63,722 bases of DNA, filler included, from Bigelowiella natans CCMP2755 (GCA_000320545.1; 9 parts of 9 records of this genome joined end to end with filler, not necessarily neighbours in it); one strand, 5' to 3'; counted from the first letter of the whole stretch, positions 12,663-26,820 are shown. Notes: a model not told the origin generated them from the letters alone. Made by a program: numbers and translations.

Positions 12663-14867
12663 ATTTTCATAGATTCTAAACGCAGCATGTTTCTGCTGTC
12701 TCGTTATTCTTCATCTGGAAGTACCTTCGTGCCCTTTGCTTTAAGTTGTCAAGGCGCATCAAAATGTTAAAGTACAGCGCGTACGCCTGCAATAAGGATG
12801 ATGATCGAATGCCATTATTAGTAACTAATTGGATAATCATGGTGATACCAAGGTGAGTAATTTCCTTATATGATACGTGTTAGTCAATGCGTGCAAAGAA
12901 ACCCTTCCCCATAGAGTTTCCACCCTCCCCCCTCGGGTCCCTTTCTGTACCTGCGCTAGGACGTTTGCGGTGAGTGCTATCCCATAGGCTAATATACCAC
13001 GACGTTCAAACAGTACAAAGACAGTAGATATATACAATCAGCAATTGCATCATCATCATCATTATCATCCCCATCATAATAAATCATTGTCGTCGATAAC
13101 CATCCCCCTCACCGGTCCTATAAGCTGGAGCAAGAGAAGAGGCAGCGAATCGGCTCAAACGAAAGCGAAAAATTGTCTAACCATCGGCGATGATGGCCGA
13201 TGGTGATGATGATGATGATGATGATGATGATGTTGATGATGATGGGTGTACCGATGTGGAGTGCAGTCGAGTGATCGAGGATGTTATCGCTCGCCAAGCG
13301 GTCCTTTTCGAGTAGCATGCTCGTTCAGAGAAAACAGCGTTCATTGCATGTAAGCATGACACAAGTAGTAATAGTAGTAGTAGCAGCAGCAGCAATAAAA
13401 CAGTGATGGGACTGCATAGAAAGCTTCAGTAAGGTAGCAAGGAATCCGTAGTAGTAGTAGTGGTAGTGGTAGTACTTGTGTCGGTGTTGGTGCCATGGGG
13501 AGGATGGGGGGTGGTGATTCATGATGGTGGTTAAAAAAAAAGGAAAGCAAAAAGAACCCAGAAGGCAGCGTAGATGATGAGTGTAGTAGCGAGCACCGTC
13601 ACGGTCAGCTGAACAGATACAGATTTGTGAATCATTGTCACGTTTGGAGACCGGGGGGGGGGGCTATTACGTAAAGCCACTGTCTTTCTCGGTTGCATGT
13701 AAGTTTTTTATTGTTAAATTTGCTTTGTTTCATTCGTGTCCCTAGCTGCATGTGACTTTGTTGAATTCGTTTTATCTCACCCCCGTCCCTATCCCTAGCA
13801 GTCGTAGCGTACCTGCACCATGCAAACATACAGCTGAATGTACACACTTTCATTGCATGAGGAGAAGGATTTGGGATGTAAGATCGACGACCGAAATATC
13901 AACAAGAATCATTATAGAAGCCACTGTATTGTCCACATATGTAAAGAATTTCGCATCTCGTATGGAGACGACGTCGATATTTTTGATGGTCCATTTTATG
14001 TATGAGGAAGAGGATGGGGTTGTGACGTACAAGTAGCACAACAGAGAGAAGCTCTCCGCAGGAACCCGTCTTCTCTTCTAGCGCCATATGACGAGTTATC
14101 GCTCTGATCAGCATCCTAAGGCAGGGTATACGAGGATTGTGTTGCATGTACGCACGCACTACTTGTACCGAACAAGGTGGGATGTGAGTTTACGTTGGAT
14201 GATATATGTACACACGTACACAAACGTATACACACATGCATAGTAAGCATACAATTAAATATGTGTCTGTGTGTGTATTATGTAAATAGCTATATACACA
14301 AACCATGTATCATAATAATATGTAAATGTACGTGTGCGCGCGCGTGTGTACGTTGCGGTGCATTCATCGAATAGCTACTTACTGCCCTAGATAATAATCT
14401 ACCTCATTATCGTCGTTATCGACTTCATGTCCTCCTTGCATACCCCCCTGACGGTTCTCAAGATCGTGCTCATCATTATTCTTAGTATCCTCATTGAGGT
14501 TTCTGCTGCCAAAAGCCGCGGCAGCAGCATCATCTTCAAGAAGTGGGGATGATAGCCCGCTTCGAAATGCTTGGTGGCGAGATGAAGGTGATATGCCTGA
14601 ATGAATAGAGCCGCTATCAGACTCTGGTGTAATTTTCAACAACGATCAGCGCGGACAAGAAGCTACGCAATACGTCTTTGAACAAAGTGTTCGAGGTGCT
14701 GTTTAATACTACTACTACTACTACTACCTCGACAGCATCTGGCGAAGACCATAGTCATCATTAGCGACCATTCGAAGAGACATCTGCCGGATACCATTCG
14801 TTGCATGATTTGAGTTGATTATTTTGCCAACAACACATCACACCCCACCACAGTATCCCCCCCCCTC

Positions 14868-14921
<54 letters not shown>

Positions 14922-15500
14922 CTTACATGAGAAGGGCCCAGAGGCAAAACCCAAAGAGAGTCGAATTGCCGTTGCTAATGAAATGTTAATATTGAGAAAT
15001 CTCTCTGGAAATATGACAAGCTAGGAAAATAGCATAAGGCTGCAATCAGTAGAAAGTGCGGAACAGACCTGTCCACGTAGAGAACGTAACAGCTAAGGGC
15101 TGTGAGAGCTGCTGTCGTCCCAACGTTCAAGAGTTGGGACCAGCACAGATGATTGGACACCTATAAGCACGATGAAACTTATTAGAATAGGATGTCTCCG
15201 CGTAAGTTTCTAAAATCTAACCAAGCCGGAGATACTGCCCATTTAATCTAAAGGACACATAAATACTAAATACTATCTGGAATATTACCTGATCATCCGC
15301 AGCCTTTTGTTCCAAGATTGCAATCGTCCGGGACTCCAGCTAGAAAAATACACAATGAATAAACGTAAAATAGAGCCTGCTGGGGGCGGATATTGCGATG
15401 ATGATGAAGGAATGAAAACATGCTCCTCTTTCCCGACCATGCTCCCCTCCGGTTGGTCGAACGGACGTCTGGATAGAACAGGCAGCAGCGACATCACTAT
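10200..15500 (-). CDS. Unidentified multi-exon, probably multi-pass membrane protein
   Basis: Minus-strand exon-like blocks with hydrophobic peptides: QLLNVGTTAALTALSCYVLYVD (~15100), ISLATAIRLSLGFASGPF (~14960), GILAYGIALTANVLAQ (~12980), AYALYFNILMRLD (~12770), SSIAASATLPIPYLILMYLG (~12150), AVVSGVLAIKF (~11610). Exon joins not fully resolved. Confidence 0.5.
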
Positions 15501-15868
15501 CAAGCAGTTTCTCCATGAAAATGCCCTGGATCTCCAACGAAATCACAAACTAGAGCACCCAGTAGGATGAGATTCCGTGCGATTTAAACAAGATCTCTTG
15601 AGGAATATCTGGAGTTTTGTGCTCCCAGCGGCTGGTTTTTGCGAACGACAAATGATCAGAGGCAGTCGCTGTGAGCATTTAAAGTGGTTCTCCATCCGAA
15701 CAGGTGTAGAAATCTCGAGGAAACTTCTTAGAACAATTCTCCAGAATTTTGAAGCGAACGAAGCAAACTCCCACACAAGCAAAAAGACTCGTGTGAGAGG
15801 GGAGAGGGGAGGAGAAAGGGAGAGTAGCAGCTATCATTCTGATATAGATTTTTGCAGTGAAGGTCACA

Positions 15869-16983
15869 ATGAGCGATGATGATTCCAAGAGGCCATACGT
15901 GTTATTTCACTCCGGACCTTTCAGCCAGTGGCATCGATGCAAATTCAAGGGTAAGTAAATGTTATCTGCCGTTGAATCATCTTCGCCATACCTTGAGATC
16001 TTACATTCTACAGTGGATGGAATTTGGTACAATTGCTGCGAGCAATATATGATGGCTGGGAAAGCACGACTTTTTGATGGTACAGATCTTGAGATCAGTT
16101 TTTTGAGAGTCAATGATATAGAAAATATGTTCAGATAAAGAAAGTTTGGACGATATCATGGAGGCTGCCCATCCTCGAACGCAGAAGCAACTAGGAAGAC
16201 AGGTATTTGCAATAAGTATCATCGTCGTTCTGTTCATACGATTTCTGTTGAAATTTAGGTTCGTGGATTCAAAGACTCGGTGTGGAAGAAGAATTGCTTG
16301 GAGATTGTGACACAAGGCAACTTAGCGAAATTCCGCCAAAATTTGGACCTTCGACATAAACTTCTTTCAACTGGTAACTCTGTACAATGTAACTTTGATT
16401 TGTGAAAAACCTTCATGATATGAGCTTCTCATCACTTTTCAGGGAACAGAATAATTGCCGAGGCATCGCCCAAAGATAGGATATGGGGGATTGGATTACA
16501 TGCTCGAGATAAAAAGTCATTTCGAATCAAGAATTTCGACTATCGAAATAATATTTCTTTATGATTATATGTAGTTGCCAAGACCAATCGAAGTGGAGAG
16601 GGTCTAACTTGCTAGGTGTCGCTTTGATGAAGGTATCTTATTTCGCTGTTGATATGTTTATAATAATAACAAGCCCGGCTCAGGTTCGATCGATTATAAG
16701 AGAAGACGATCTGACCAGTAAAGCCTCTGCAGATATTAATGAGGCAGATGTCGAGGCCGACAAAAAATTGATAGATTCATGTACAAAGCGTCCAGATACA
16801 AGCGATGAAGTAAAAAAAGAAACCACTGATAAAGTTGCTGGCGAAGATGAATCTGAAGGAAAGTCTTCAATATCAGCATCAGAAAAGCGTTCGAAGCGTT
16901 TGAAGAAGATCGGTAAGAGATCTCGGAGACCTGGGAGTAAAGGAAGAAGGAGAAAGAATACCAAAATTACAGATTGGATGTAA
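15869..16983 (+). CDS. NADAR family protein (YbiA/DUF1768-like N-glycosidase) with a charged C-terminal tail
   Basis: Spliced product MSDDDSKRPYVLFHSGPFSQWHRCKFK-VDGIWYNCCEQYMMAGKARLFD-...QKQLGRQ-VRGF...GNLAKFRQN...-IIAEASPKDRIWGIG...-WRGSNLLGVALMK-VR carries the NADAR motifs. Short (~60 nt) GT-AG introns. Confidence 0.93.
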
Positions 16984-17456
16984 TCGAAAATAACCTTTAA
17001 AATCTACGAATAGTTTCGTTAGTAGAGCTATGTCCAGATGTAGCCGAAGCTTTGTTGTACAGGCATAGTTGCATAGTTGTACATGCTGTGTTCATATTCC
17101 ATTAAAATTACATTCTCATGCTACATTCTCCAGTCATAGATTCATGCATGCATGGTTGCGCTTTCACAGTGAACTTAGCTTGTCATATCTGCTATGCTGA
17201 TTCCATTTATTCATCGCACATTGCGCTAAAACTACTGATCTAATCTCTGTATGCATGTCATTAATTTCATGTAAATTAGATATATGTGCTAATTGTTACA
17301 AACGAATGATGTCATTATGTGGCGCTACAGCGGGCAAAATGTGCTACAAATGTACCATACTAGCATAGCCACTTCAGCACATTTCTAGTACATATAGATA
17401 CTAGATAGTATATTCTCGTGCTATCATCAGAAATTGAATGCACATATATGTTTCAT

Positions 17457-17854
17457 TCACGATCGTCGAAGCAAGACTAATTTCATTGCAGCAAAATCCT
17501 CCAGCCAAGGCTTTTTGGCGACAATGTGCTCATGGTGAGCTTTTACATGTTGTCTCGGACCAATATCTGACAGATCGATAGGCTGGAAACCTATTCCGAA
17601 AGCAGGCGATTCTGGCCTCAGTGTGAAGTTTTTCCCATGCGCAGCAAGGAACAATGGGTCCGCAAACAGTGATCCTACATCCTTCCCGTTGCTGCCAACA
17701 AACGTTGTCATGTTACGCTACTGCAAAGTAGTACTAGCGTGCAGCAGAAATGTTTGTGTCCACAAATTCATATAATGATGATTGTACATCCCGAAAAAAA
17801 ATTCTCCGCAACTACACCTCATTGGAAGGATGTATGGATATTCTATCGTCTCTT

Positions 17855-17894
<40 letters not shown>

Positions 17895-18088
17895 GTCTTT
17901 TCTTATGACCCTGTCGAAAGACAGAGACTAACCACCTTTGCCAGCTACTGAAGCCTTCTCCAGGGTAGCGATGGGAGGAGTTGAACAGCGGGAGACCGGA
18001 GTCTAGACCTTATTGTTGATGTTTGTTGTGGTTGGTGTACTTCTCGCTACCCCTGCCCCACGTCGATCTTTTACACTTCATTGCGCTG

Positions 18089-18121
<33 letters not shown>

Positions 18122-18460
18122 ATACTACTACCACCTTGGGGAAAATACACGTTGTCCTGGAAGGTAAAATTGTGCCATCCATGCTCCCAATCCGCCATCA
18201 CCAGGAAAGAGTCCTTGTGTTCTGTATCGCCTACATGTCGAATGCTTTGTGATTAGGAGGAGGAGGGACGCGAGTGTAGGGCGAAAAGTCCTTAGGAATA
18301 ATTCAGCTTGGTACGACTGCAATGAGAATGCATGTCGTGAGTTGAGTTGAGGAGGCAAATGGGGGACGTCATTATCACTGCCATCATCATCATCATCATC
18401 ATTCATCATCATTACTGAAGACAATGTTGTGCGTGAAGGTGAAGCTGGAGCACTTGGCCT
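17457..18460 (-). CDS. 3' part of a right-handed parallel beta-helix (pectin-lyase-fold) protein, possibly carbohydrate-active
   Basis: Exons join to KCSSFTFTHNIVF-SDTEHKDSFLVMADWEHGWHNFTFQDNVYFPQ-G...FSSWQ-SNGKDVGSLFADPLF...NFTLRPESPAFGIGFQPIDLSDIGPR. The ADPLF..F.L.P.SPA...GF.PID...IGPR tail is typical of bacterial-type beta-helix proteins. Confidence 0.75.
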
Positions 18461-18538
18461 GGTTACATCTAAGAACGAGAGGAAGGAGCATCGGTCGGGA
18501 AAGATATGTGGGAGAGTGTTATTATTCATAGACATATT

Positions 18539-18575
<37 letters not shown>

Positions 18576-18708
18576 ATACACATACACTCATGCAAGAAGT
18601 TTAATGTACTCATATGTGCCTCCTCCTCCCCCCCCCCTACAATTCGACATGTAGGCGATACAGAACGCTAGGACTCTTTCCTGGTGATGGCGGATTGGGA
18701 GCATGGCA
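18174..18708. repeat. Inverted repeat: ~63-bp arms at 18181-18243 and 18642-18704
   Basis: ATGCTCCCAATCCGCCATCACCAGGAAAGAGTCCTTGTGTTCTGTATCGCCTACATGTCGAAT versus the reverse complement at ~18642-18704, two mismatches. Confidence 0.9.
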
Positions 18709-18859
18709 TTTTGGTGCTTATCCCCGCAGGTCGGTCGACCTAAATTGCGACAAAGAGCANNNNNNNNNNNNNNNNNNNNNNNNNNNNNNNNNNNNNNNNN
18801 NNNTTAATTAATTAANNNNNNNNNNNNNNNNNNNNNNNNNNNNNNNNNNNNNNNNNNNN

Positions 18860-19125
18860 AAAATATAGTAGGCACAAAGCTTTTGCTTGGGGGCATACGC
18901 GACCGATGCACACACCATGCAGCCTTCGGTTTTCTTTGCTTGTTTGTTTGTTTGTTTGTTTGTTGTTGTTGATGATGATTTTTCTTCTGTTTCTCTTTTG
19001 TAAGAAATGCATCCTCGTTGCACACAGGACGCACCCGAAGATTCCAGAGAGCAAGCTGCTGGCATGCGCGTGTGCATCGTCTAATCGCCGTTGTCGCATC
19101 TCCCTGTCCTCCTCTTCCTGTGTAG

Positions 19126-19163
<38 letters not shown>

Positions 19164-20075
19164 CAATACTTCGCAAACAGTAGAAAGCAGCACCTTCTTC
19201 TTCCTCCTCCTCCTCCTCATCATGTTGAGCTTCTTTTCGATGGGGAGGAGGAAGCTATTCTTGGTTATGCTCAGACTTCGGCCGGATTCCTTCGTATCTG
19301 CTGCGCCCCCAAGTCGCGCAACAATAAAAGACCGCCACAATTCTCAGCTATCCACCACGAATTACAAAATAATATATATATTCATATAACACTACTTTGA
19401 TGAACCATGCACACATACGAATATGATCTAAGTTCCACGCGTCTCACAGAATATATTCCTATCAGATATGTCTTCGATTCGCCTTGCATTCCAAAGACGA
19501 CCGTCCACGAACGAATAACGACCACATCCACCCTCCCCCCCCCCCTCCGTACCTGATGTTTCCGTCTGTGTCCCTTCAACACTTTGTGCAATGGCTTGCG
19601 TACTCTCCGTCATTGCAGCAGCACCAGCAGTAGCAGCACCAGCAGCCTGTATTAGATACATCCTTAGGAAAAGGAGGTGGGTATAAGGACGCGGGCGGGG
19701 GGGGGGGGGGGTGTAGCTTTACTTACGGAGTAGCTTTACTTACTTGATCGGCAAAATCGCTCAGCTTGGGGGGGATGGCAGGAGGAGCGGCAGCGGCACG
19801 AACACAATTAGCAGTTCCCCCCAGGACGTATTTCTTCTTATGCTCCTGATCTCTGATTTCATCATCATCATCATCATCATCATTGTTATTGTTGTTGTTG
19901 TTCCTGCTGCTGCTGCTGTACTCATCGTAGTTAGCCTCCTCCCCCTTGGTCGGTTCTCTGCCGAGTTGGCGGTGATGATTGTAGTCTTCGGAGTATTTGG
20001 TAGAGGCGGACAGCTTTTGTATGGCATCGTAGTCGTCTGCCGCCTCGATCATCTGATACGAGGTTGGGTTGTTCA
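18860..20075 (-). CDS. Fragment of an unidentified multi-exon gene
   Basis: Open block MNNPTSYQMIEAADDYDAIQKL...LSDFADQVSKAT ending at a GTAAG donor, then further exon-like blocks (~19660-19552, ~19345-19170). No family recognised. Confidence 0.4.
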
Positions 20076-20468
20076 TGTTTGACGATGCCGGTGGGTGGTG
20101 GGATGATGATGATGATGGTGATGACAATGATGACGACAAGTGATGATGATGATGACGATGATGATTATCACAATAATGATAATGATGATGAGTATGACGA
20201 TAGTGATGATGGTGATGGTGATGATGATCCTTCTCTAACGCATAGCACTAATGCTACTTACCAGGTCCTCAGTTTCGTCGGTCAATCGTGCGAAATACCT
20301 ACAACAATACACCCGGAATTAGGAGCGTCAGTTTGCAAACACTCCTGCACGATATAGTGATGGTTTTATCGTCCTTGCTTGAAACCATCTCCCTCTTCCC
20401 TTTTCCCCTCAACTCCGTCCCTCTGATTCCTCATTCTATCTCTCACTAACAATCTTGCTGTTGTTGTT

Positions 20469-20505
<37 letters not shown>

Positions 20506-20579
20506 ACGCACAGTCCTTGCGCCGTCCACAGCCATCCTGCCGCAGCTCCGCCGACAACACCCCCCTTTATGAGGATTAG

Positions 20580-20610
<31 letters not shown>

Positions 20611-20734
20611 CGATAGGATGGGGGTATTTATGCANNNNNNNNNNNNNNNNNNNNNNNNNNNNNNNNNNNNNNNNNNNNTTAATTAATTAANNNNNNNNNN
20701 NNNNNNNNNNNNNNNNNNNNNNNNNNNNNNNNNN

Positions 20735-20779
<45 letters not shown>

Positions 20780-20875
20780 AATCTTAATCGGAAGTGATGC
20801 GTAAATAGGAGAGCATCAACAACGAAAAACGCAACCCAAATAATTGAGTCGAATCAATCATCTTCATCATTCAGG

Positions 20876-20922
<47 letters not shown>

Positions 20923-21296
20923 CATATTGGGGAGGTCGTCGGAGTCCAGAGGAGAACTCTGATGATGACAATGAACGAAGAAGAGGTCAGAGAGGAATAG
21001 CGCTAACACGCGTGTACACGTGCATAAAAGAGATGTTATATATCTTGCATCTTCGGCATGCCGCACAGTTGTGTAAGTAAGCGTTTGGTCAACAATGATT
21101 GGTTGCATTATTACGATGTTCTCCCTTCTACAGAGCTCCTCGTAGAGAAATTTCTGTACGATCAAAGAGCAGATATATAACCATGCACAGGATTTCGATA
21201 GTATATACATTGCGCACACCTTAATATACATCATCTACTACTCCTTTTCATTTTCTCGTCTGTGTTATCACATATATGCGTGTCTTCCTGTATATT

Positions 21297-21333
<37 letters not shown>

Positions 21334-21343
21334 ATATGTAAGA

Positions 21344-21376
<33 letters not shown>

Positions 21377-21469
21377 TGTGCGTGTCTCTCCCTACTTACA
21401 TCAGGATCGTCGTTAGGCCTGAATCGAGCAAAGCACATTTACACAGTCAGCGAATGATGCATGGAAAAG

Positions 21470-21529
<60 letters not shown>

Positions 21530-21934
21530 AGAGTATGCGTGTGCGTGTGTTAAGGCCAAACCCTGGATCAGGCCAAGAATCCGAAGCAGACCTAGACGAA
21601 TGTTACAACGCAATGATGTAAGCTTTTTGGCGTGTGTTAAGAGGACAGGGGGTGGCGAGGGAGGGGACGTGGAGTTGTGCTTTGTGGGCTTTATTTGTAT
21701 CTCATCATCTACACGTAGTATGTCATTTGATTACGGTTCTGAGCTTCCGGGAGGTTGTCCGAATTCTATAAGAGGACATTGGAGAGAAGGCAATTAAGCA
21801 ATAATTGATGATCGTGTAATGGCGGTGCTCAGGATCAGCGACTACACTACCCAACTACACATGCGAAAACAGGGCAGAAAGAGCGGAGCGGCCGCTAAAT
21901 CCACAGAAGAGGAAATATCGAGGGTAGTCGATGA

Positions 21935-22452
21935 GTTGTCATCCTTGCCAACTAGCACCCAAAGCTTCTAAAGACCGCAATCCTCGATGATCCAAGCCTC
22001 ACATTATTTAACTTAATTATCTTTCCTTACCTTTAAATAGCTCGCGCTTGTCTTTTGGGAGCTTGAGGTCCTTCACGAGCCCCTTCGCGCCCTTCAGCAT
22101 CCGATCGTTGGCGGCGGCTCTTGAATCTTCATAGGAGGGGGGGAGGGGAGCGTTGAGGGAGTATCTCAGCATAACAATAAGGTACGCATTGAATGCCCTG
22201 TAGCAACTTTGACACATTCTAAAGGCTAGAGAGAGGCTTCGTCTTCTCCCTCCCCTCCCCACCGTGTATGACTTGTTCCCTACCATCTCTCCTACTACTC
22301 TTTGCCAGCTGGAATCTCTCGCCCCCAAGGATCTTGTCGGATAGCGAGATCATAACGAATACCAGCACTAGAAAGGGGTAGGACAGGAATAACCGCTGCC
22401 ACCGCCGCCCCAGTGGCCCCCGGGCCAAGGGACGGGGCGGGGCAGACTCCAT
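21935..22452 (-). CDS. Possible small spliced gene with an N-terminal hydrophobic segment
   Basis: MESAPPRPLARGPLGRRWQRLFLSYPFLVLVFVMISLSDK and a downstream block LPPSYEDSRAAANDRMLKGAKGLVKDLKLPKDKRELFK. I could not resolve the frame join. Confidence 0.3.
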
Positions 22453-23310
22453 TGTTTCGCTTCTGTGAATGAAACAGATATTCTGGCGATTTCTACAATA
22501 GTTTACCGATGAATTTATTCCTAGAGTTATATCGAACAAGATCATCCGAATTAGGATGTTTTTCGCTTGTATTTTGGCCAAGAAATATGCGTGGATATCC
22601 ATGAACTGATACAATGTACAGAATGTCTTAGCGAGGTATACCTTTCAGATGATGATTGCTTAGATTCTACTTGAAATAAATGCAATATTTTACATATTTT
22701 AATCGTACAACTAAGAAATTGGAAAAACAGTATCCTTTTATTCGTTTGAAGTAAATTCCTGATCTTACATAGTATCTGAAATTTTTATACGAAGAAAACA
22801 GCGAAAATCGCCCTCCTCGGGCACAAATGAGTCGTTGTTTTACCCTTACGACAAGGCGTGAAACCAATTCTCGTGTGGTGCTCAGCACCTGCACGCAAAG
22901 TGACCAGGTTTATCTGATTTTCGAGAGATGTATGGCGTTCATAACCGAAAATACATGCCGTTTTTTGATATCTGATATTAGTTTGTACTTTGGATATGTC
23001 TTATATTTCGGGTGTCGGCACGTCGCTTCCCCCCCTACCCTTTGGGCTTCGGGAAAGACCAGTCTTTCGATGGCTAGTGCTAGTCTGTATATATAAAGGG
23101 GTGAGCATCTAATATTTGTAAAAATCACAATACCTTTCTAATATCTTAACGATGACTCCTACACAGCCACTGCATGCTCTCTGACCTCAACTTATTCTAA
23201 AGCAGTCATTGCATTCTCCTCTACTTATCCCTCTCCTCTCCTCCTCCTCCTCCTCCGGCAATTCTATTCCCATACCCGAAGAACAGGGTCTCCGGCTGGT
23301 AGCGTTGGCG

Positions 23311-25364
23311 ATGTTCAAAGGCTGCTGGGATTCCAGTGGCCTTGTCCCACTCGCCAGTTGTCTGTTTGGGGCGATGCTGCTGTTCCCTACGTCAGGTGCT
23401 CATTCAGCTCCGATATCCCGTGTAACCGCCCCCCAGCGCTCTCATCTGCCACACAAATGGAGCCCTGTAGCACCATCAATGGCCTCTCTGCTCCCCGAAT
23501 CAAGGGGCAAGTGGCGATTTCGGTTCAAATGCCCCGACAAACGGCGGCAGATATTTAGCTGTGAATCCTCCTCGTGGCGGAACGACAACCAGCTTTTCCA
23601 ATCCGCGGAGAGGGGGGGGAGTCGCGGGGACGCTAAGGACGATGATGATCTTAGCGTGCAGAGAGGTATGAATATACGGGCTTTGGGGATGATTCCAGCA
23701 GTAGTTTATTCATTCATTGTGTGAGTTAACGAATTGCAGGATAAGATCGCTGGTCTTTTATTATCTGACTAAGTACCCAACCCATCTTTTTTCTCTCGCA
23801 TCCCCCCTCCTCGTCGTTTTCATCCACAGGAAAGCCAAGTGGTCTCCCCCAGAACTCCATCCAGGCCCCACCCCTCGATGCCCCCGCCCCCCCACCCTCT
23901 TCTCAGCGGCGTTCGCCTCTCCCTCCACACGCCACAGCACGCAACTTCGGTCGGGGAGTCGTCCAAGATCTCTTCAAAAACCTCAAATCGTCCTTCACGA
24001 TCCAAAAAAACACTATCGAGGGGGGGGATCCCGTTTTCGAGGGTGATGAGACAACCTTTTCCATTTCCCCAGCAGCGGCAGCAGGGGTGGCGGCGACTGC
24101 TGCTGGAACACGGCGCCCCTCTTCTTCGAAGGAGACGCAGCAGACAATGAGTCCTACTCGATCATTGGTAACATAGCACACGTTCAGACCAACGAAATCT
24201 ATAAAATGACATATTTGTAGCATGTTTTCGGGTACATCGTTGATTCCTCCTCCTCACAACCGAAAACAGCTCGATACGCAAGACGGTGCACTCCGTTATT
24301 CGAGCACAGCGAACGACGTGTGCTTTGCCGCGCGAATATGCTAGGAAACAATAGCATAAATGAGCGTATCGTCGCATTGCATTAGTGCCGCTATTGCTAG
24401 ACTCTCCAACTCTCATATGGCTACAACAACAGCAAAGTTTCATCGGGGGGGAGAAGTGATGATTTTATCGTGTCTATCAGGAGGGATCCTCACGGCGCTC
24501 GCAGATACGTGGCCGATTAGAAACCAAAGCTGTGACCAAGGGTGCGAAATCCGAGGCAGCCGCCGCAGCAAACGGAGATGTCGGCCTCGCCTCTCCCGCC
24601 CCACCTTCGGGGGAGAATGGAGGGGGGGGGGAGATGATGAAGAGAGTCCTTGCCTCGGTCTCACGTGCTGCTTCTCCTTCAATCCCGGCAATATTGCCAA
24701 GGAAAGGACGGGATCAGAGTATGGGCCAGCAGCAGCACAAGCGCAAGAACAAAGAAGGGGGGAAGGACGGAGGGGGCGTTCCTATCTCCCCCCCCCCTGC
24801 ATCTGGGATCGCAAAGCATCAGCCTCGTCACAGAAATGTGCGTTTAAGAGCAGCTTTGGCTCAAGACGTTTTATTGATGAAGGTAATTTTTACTCGTCTA
24901 TTCGTTCCTCCGCCCCCCTTATTCTAGTGTGTGGTAGTTGTAGCAGCAGCAGCAGCAGCAGCAGCAGCAATAGACGAGGTAAGGGAGGGGATTCCTCCCA
25001 TTTGACCACATTGACGACGCATCATTGTTGCTCCGTTTCGCATCTCGTCTAAGCTCGTTCTCAGTCCCCATTGACTTGTAAGAAAGCAGAAGCACTACTC
25101 CTAGCTTCTCCATGCGAAGAAGCCCTCCCCACCGTTGGTGTTTTGCTGCTGCTGCTGCTGCTCTCCGTGCTGTGCCTTTAACACAAATCGTTGGTGCCTT
25201 ATACTACCCCTTTAGCATTTAAATGAGCGGTATCTCCCAGAGAACTACCCTGTTGACTTTTGGAGGTACACTGCCATTCTTCGCCGCAATTCTAATCATC
25301 ATCTTAGGAAGCTGTGCTTTATCGAGAGAGTAAATCAATACGCACGTTTAATGTGTCATAAGTG

Positions 25365-25403
<39 letters not shown>

Positions 25404-26346
25404 GTATATTTGTACAAATATTTAAGTATAAACGCACACACACATACATGTATACACGTATCGGTAACACAACATGGGGGGGGGAGGGTGAAAATAAGTC
25501 GCGGTTTCGAAATCCGCAAACTCACTAGACACGAATACCTTATGCGTTCAATTCCTCCCCAGTCGGTGGCAATGCGTCGATGTTTCTCCATCGATCCCTC
25601 CATATCGCCACCATCTTGGCCTTTCTCCTCCTCCTCCTGACGTTGTGCTGGTGCGGTAGGAAAACTCTCCTGGATTGGCCGGGGCTGTCGTACGTATGCG
25701 AGCTGCCGGATGGGGAGGTTCATCATGCGCTCATTCAAAAAAGACGATTTAGAACGAATTGTAGCGCAAGTGCCAGGCGCCGCTGCTGCTGCTGCTGCTG
25801 TTGTTGTTGTTGTTGTTGTTGTTTTCGCTGATGCTGATGCTGCTCCCCGAGTAGGTGGTTGGGTACGTCCTTGGAAGGCTCGAATACACATACGTTACGC
25901 GACTCTACAAAATGCCCCCTCCGCCGCCCCCCCCCTCCAAGATGGCGGCAAGGCAGGACGGGGCGCATCCTCATTGGGGCGAGAGGAAGGGAGGGGGAGG
26001 CGGGGAGAGGAGCTCTCCGTTCGGCCGCGATAAGTAGGAACATCTGCAATCAAAGAGAGTAGCTTGTGATACGATATCATATAGCATATAGCACACGTGT
26101 TAGCCTGCCATGGAATTTTGCCGTGCTCGCTAGTGTAGTGTAGGTAGCAGCAGCTGTATCTGCCACCTCCTCATGCCTCGCTGGCCTCTCTGTGTGCCCT
26201 CAATCACGTCGCAGCGTTCCGGATTCGATTCAGTACTCACGACGAGTTCAGCTGAGCGAAGGCAAGATCATGTCTATATGCGTGAGGAAGGATCTACGAG
26301 GCCAGGGGGTTAGTCTGCGAGAGAGAAATCGTTGTAGTAGTAGTGT

Positions 26347-26379
<33 letters not shown>

Positions 26380-26420
26380 CAGCAGCGGAAAGATTCATCA
26401 TTCATTACACTGCGTATCTG

Positions 26421-26461
<41 letters not shown>

Positions 26462-26738
26462 AAATTCATATAATACCGGCAGCTTGGGAGGAAGATGTTG
26501 GACGCCGTGGTTGAAGCGTTTGACGAGCAGGTTAAAGCCGACTTCGTGAGCCTCCGAGTCCGCAAATTCACGAACCCGACCGCCGTTGAGCTGTACCAGA
26601 AGATTGGATTTAACGTGAGTCGCCGTGGATTATGATGCGACATTGTTTGAGCTTTGACTTCTATGCCTCATTTGAGCTGAGCTGCTGATGATCATTACAT
26701 GTTTGACGTTGTGTTTTGTACTCTCACTCTTTTTCACC

Positions 26739-26820
<82 letters not shown>

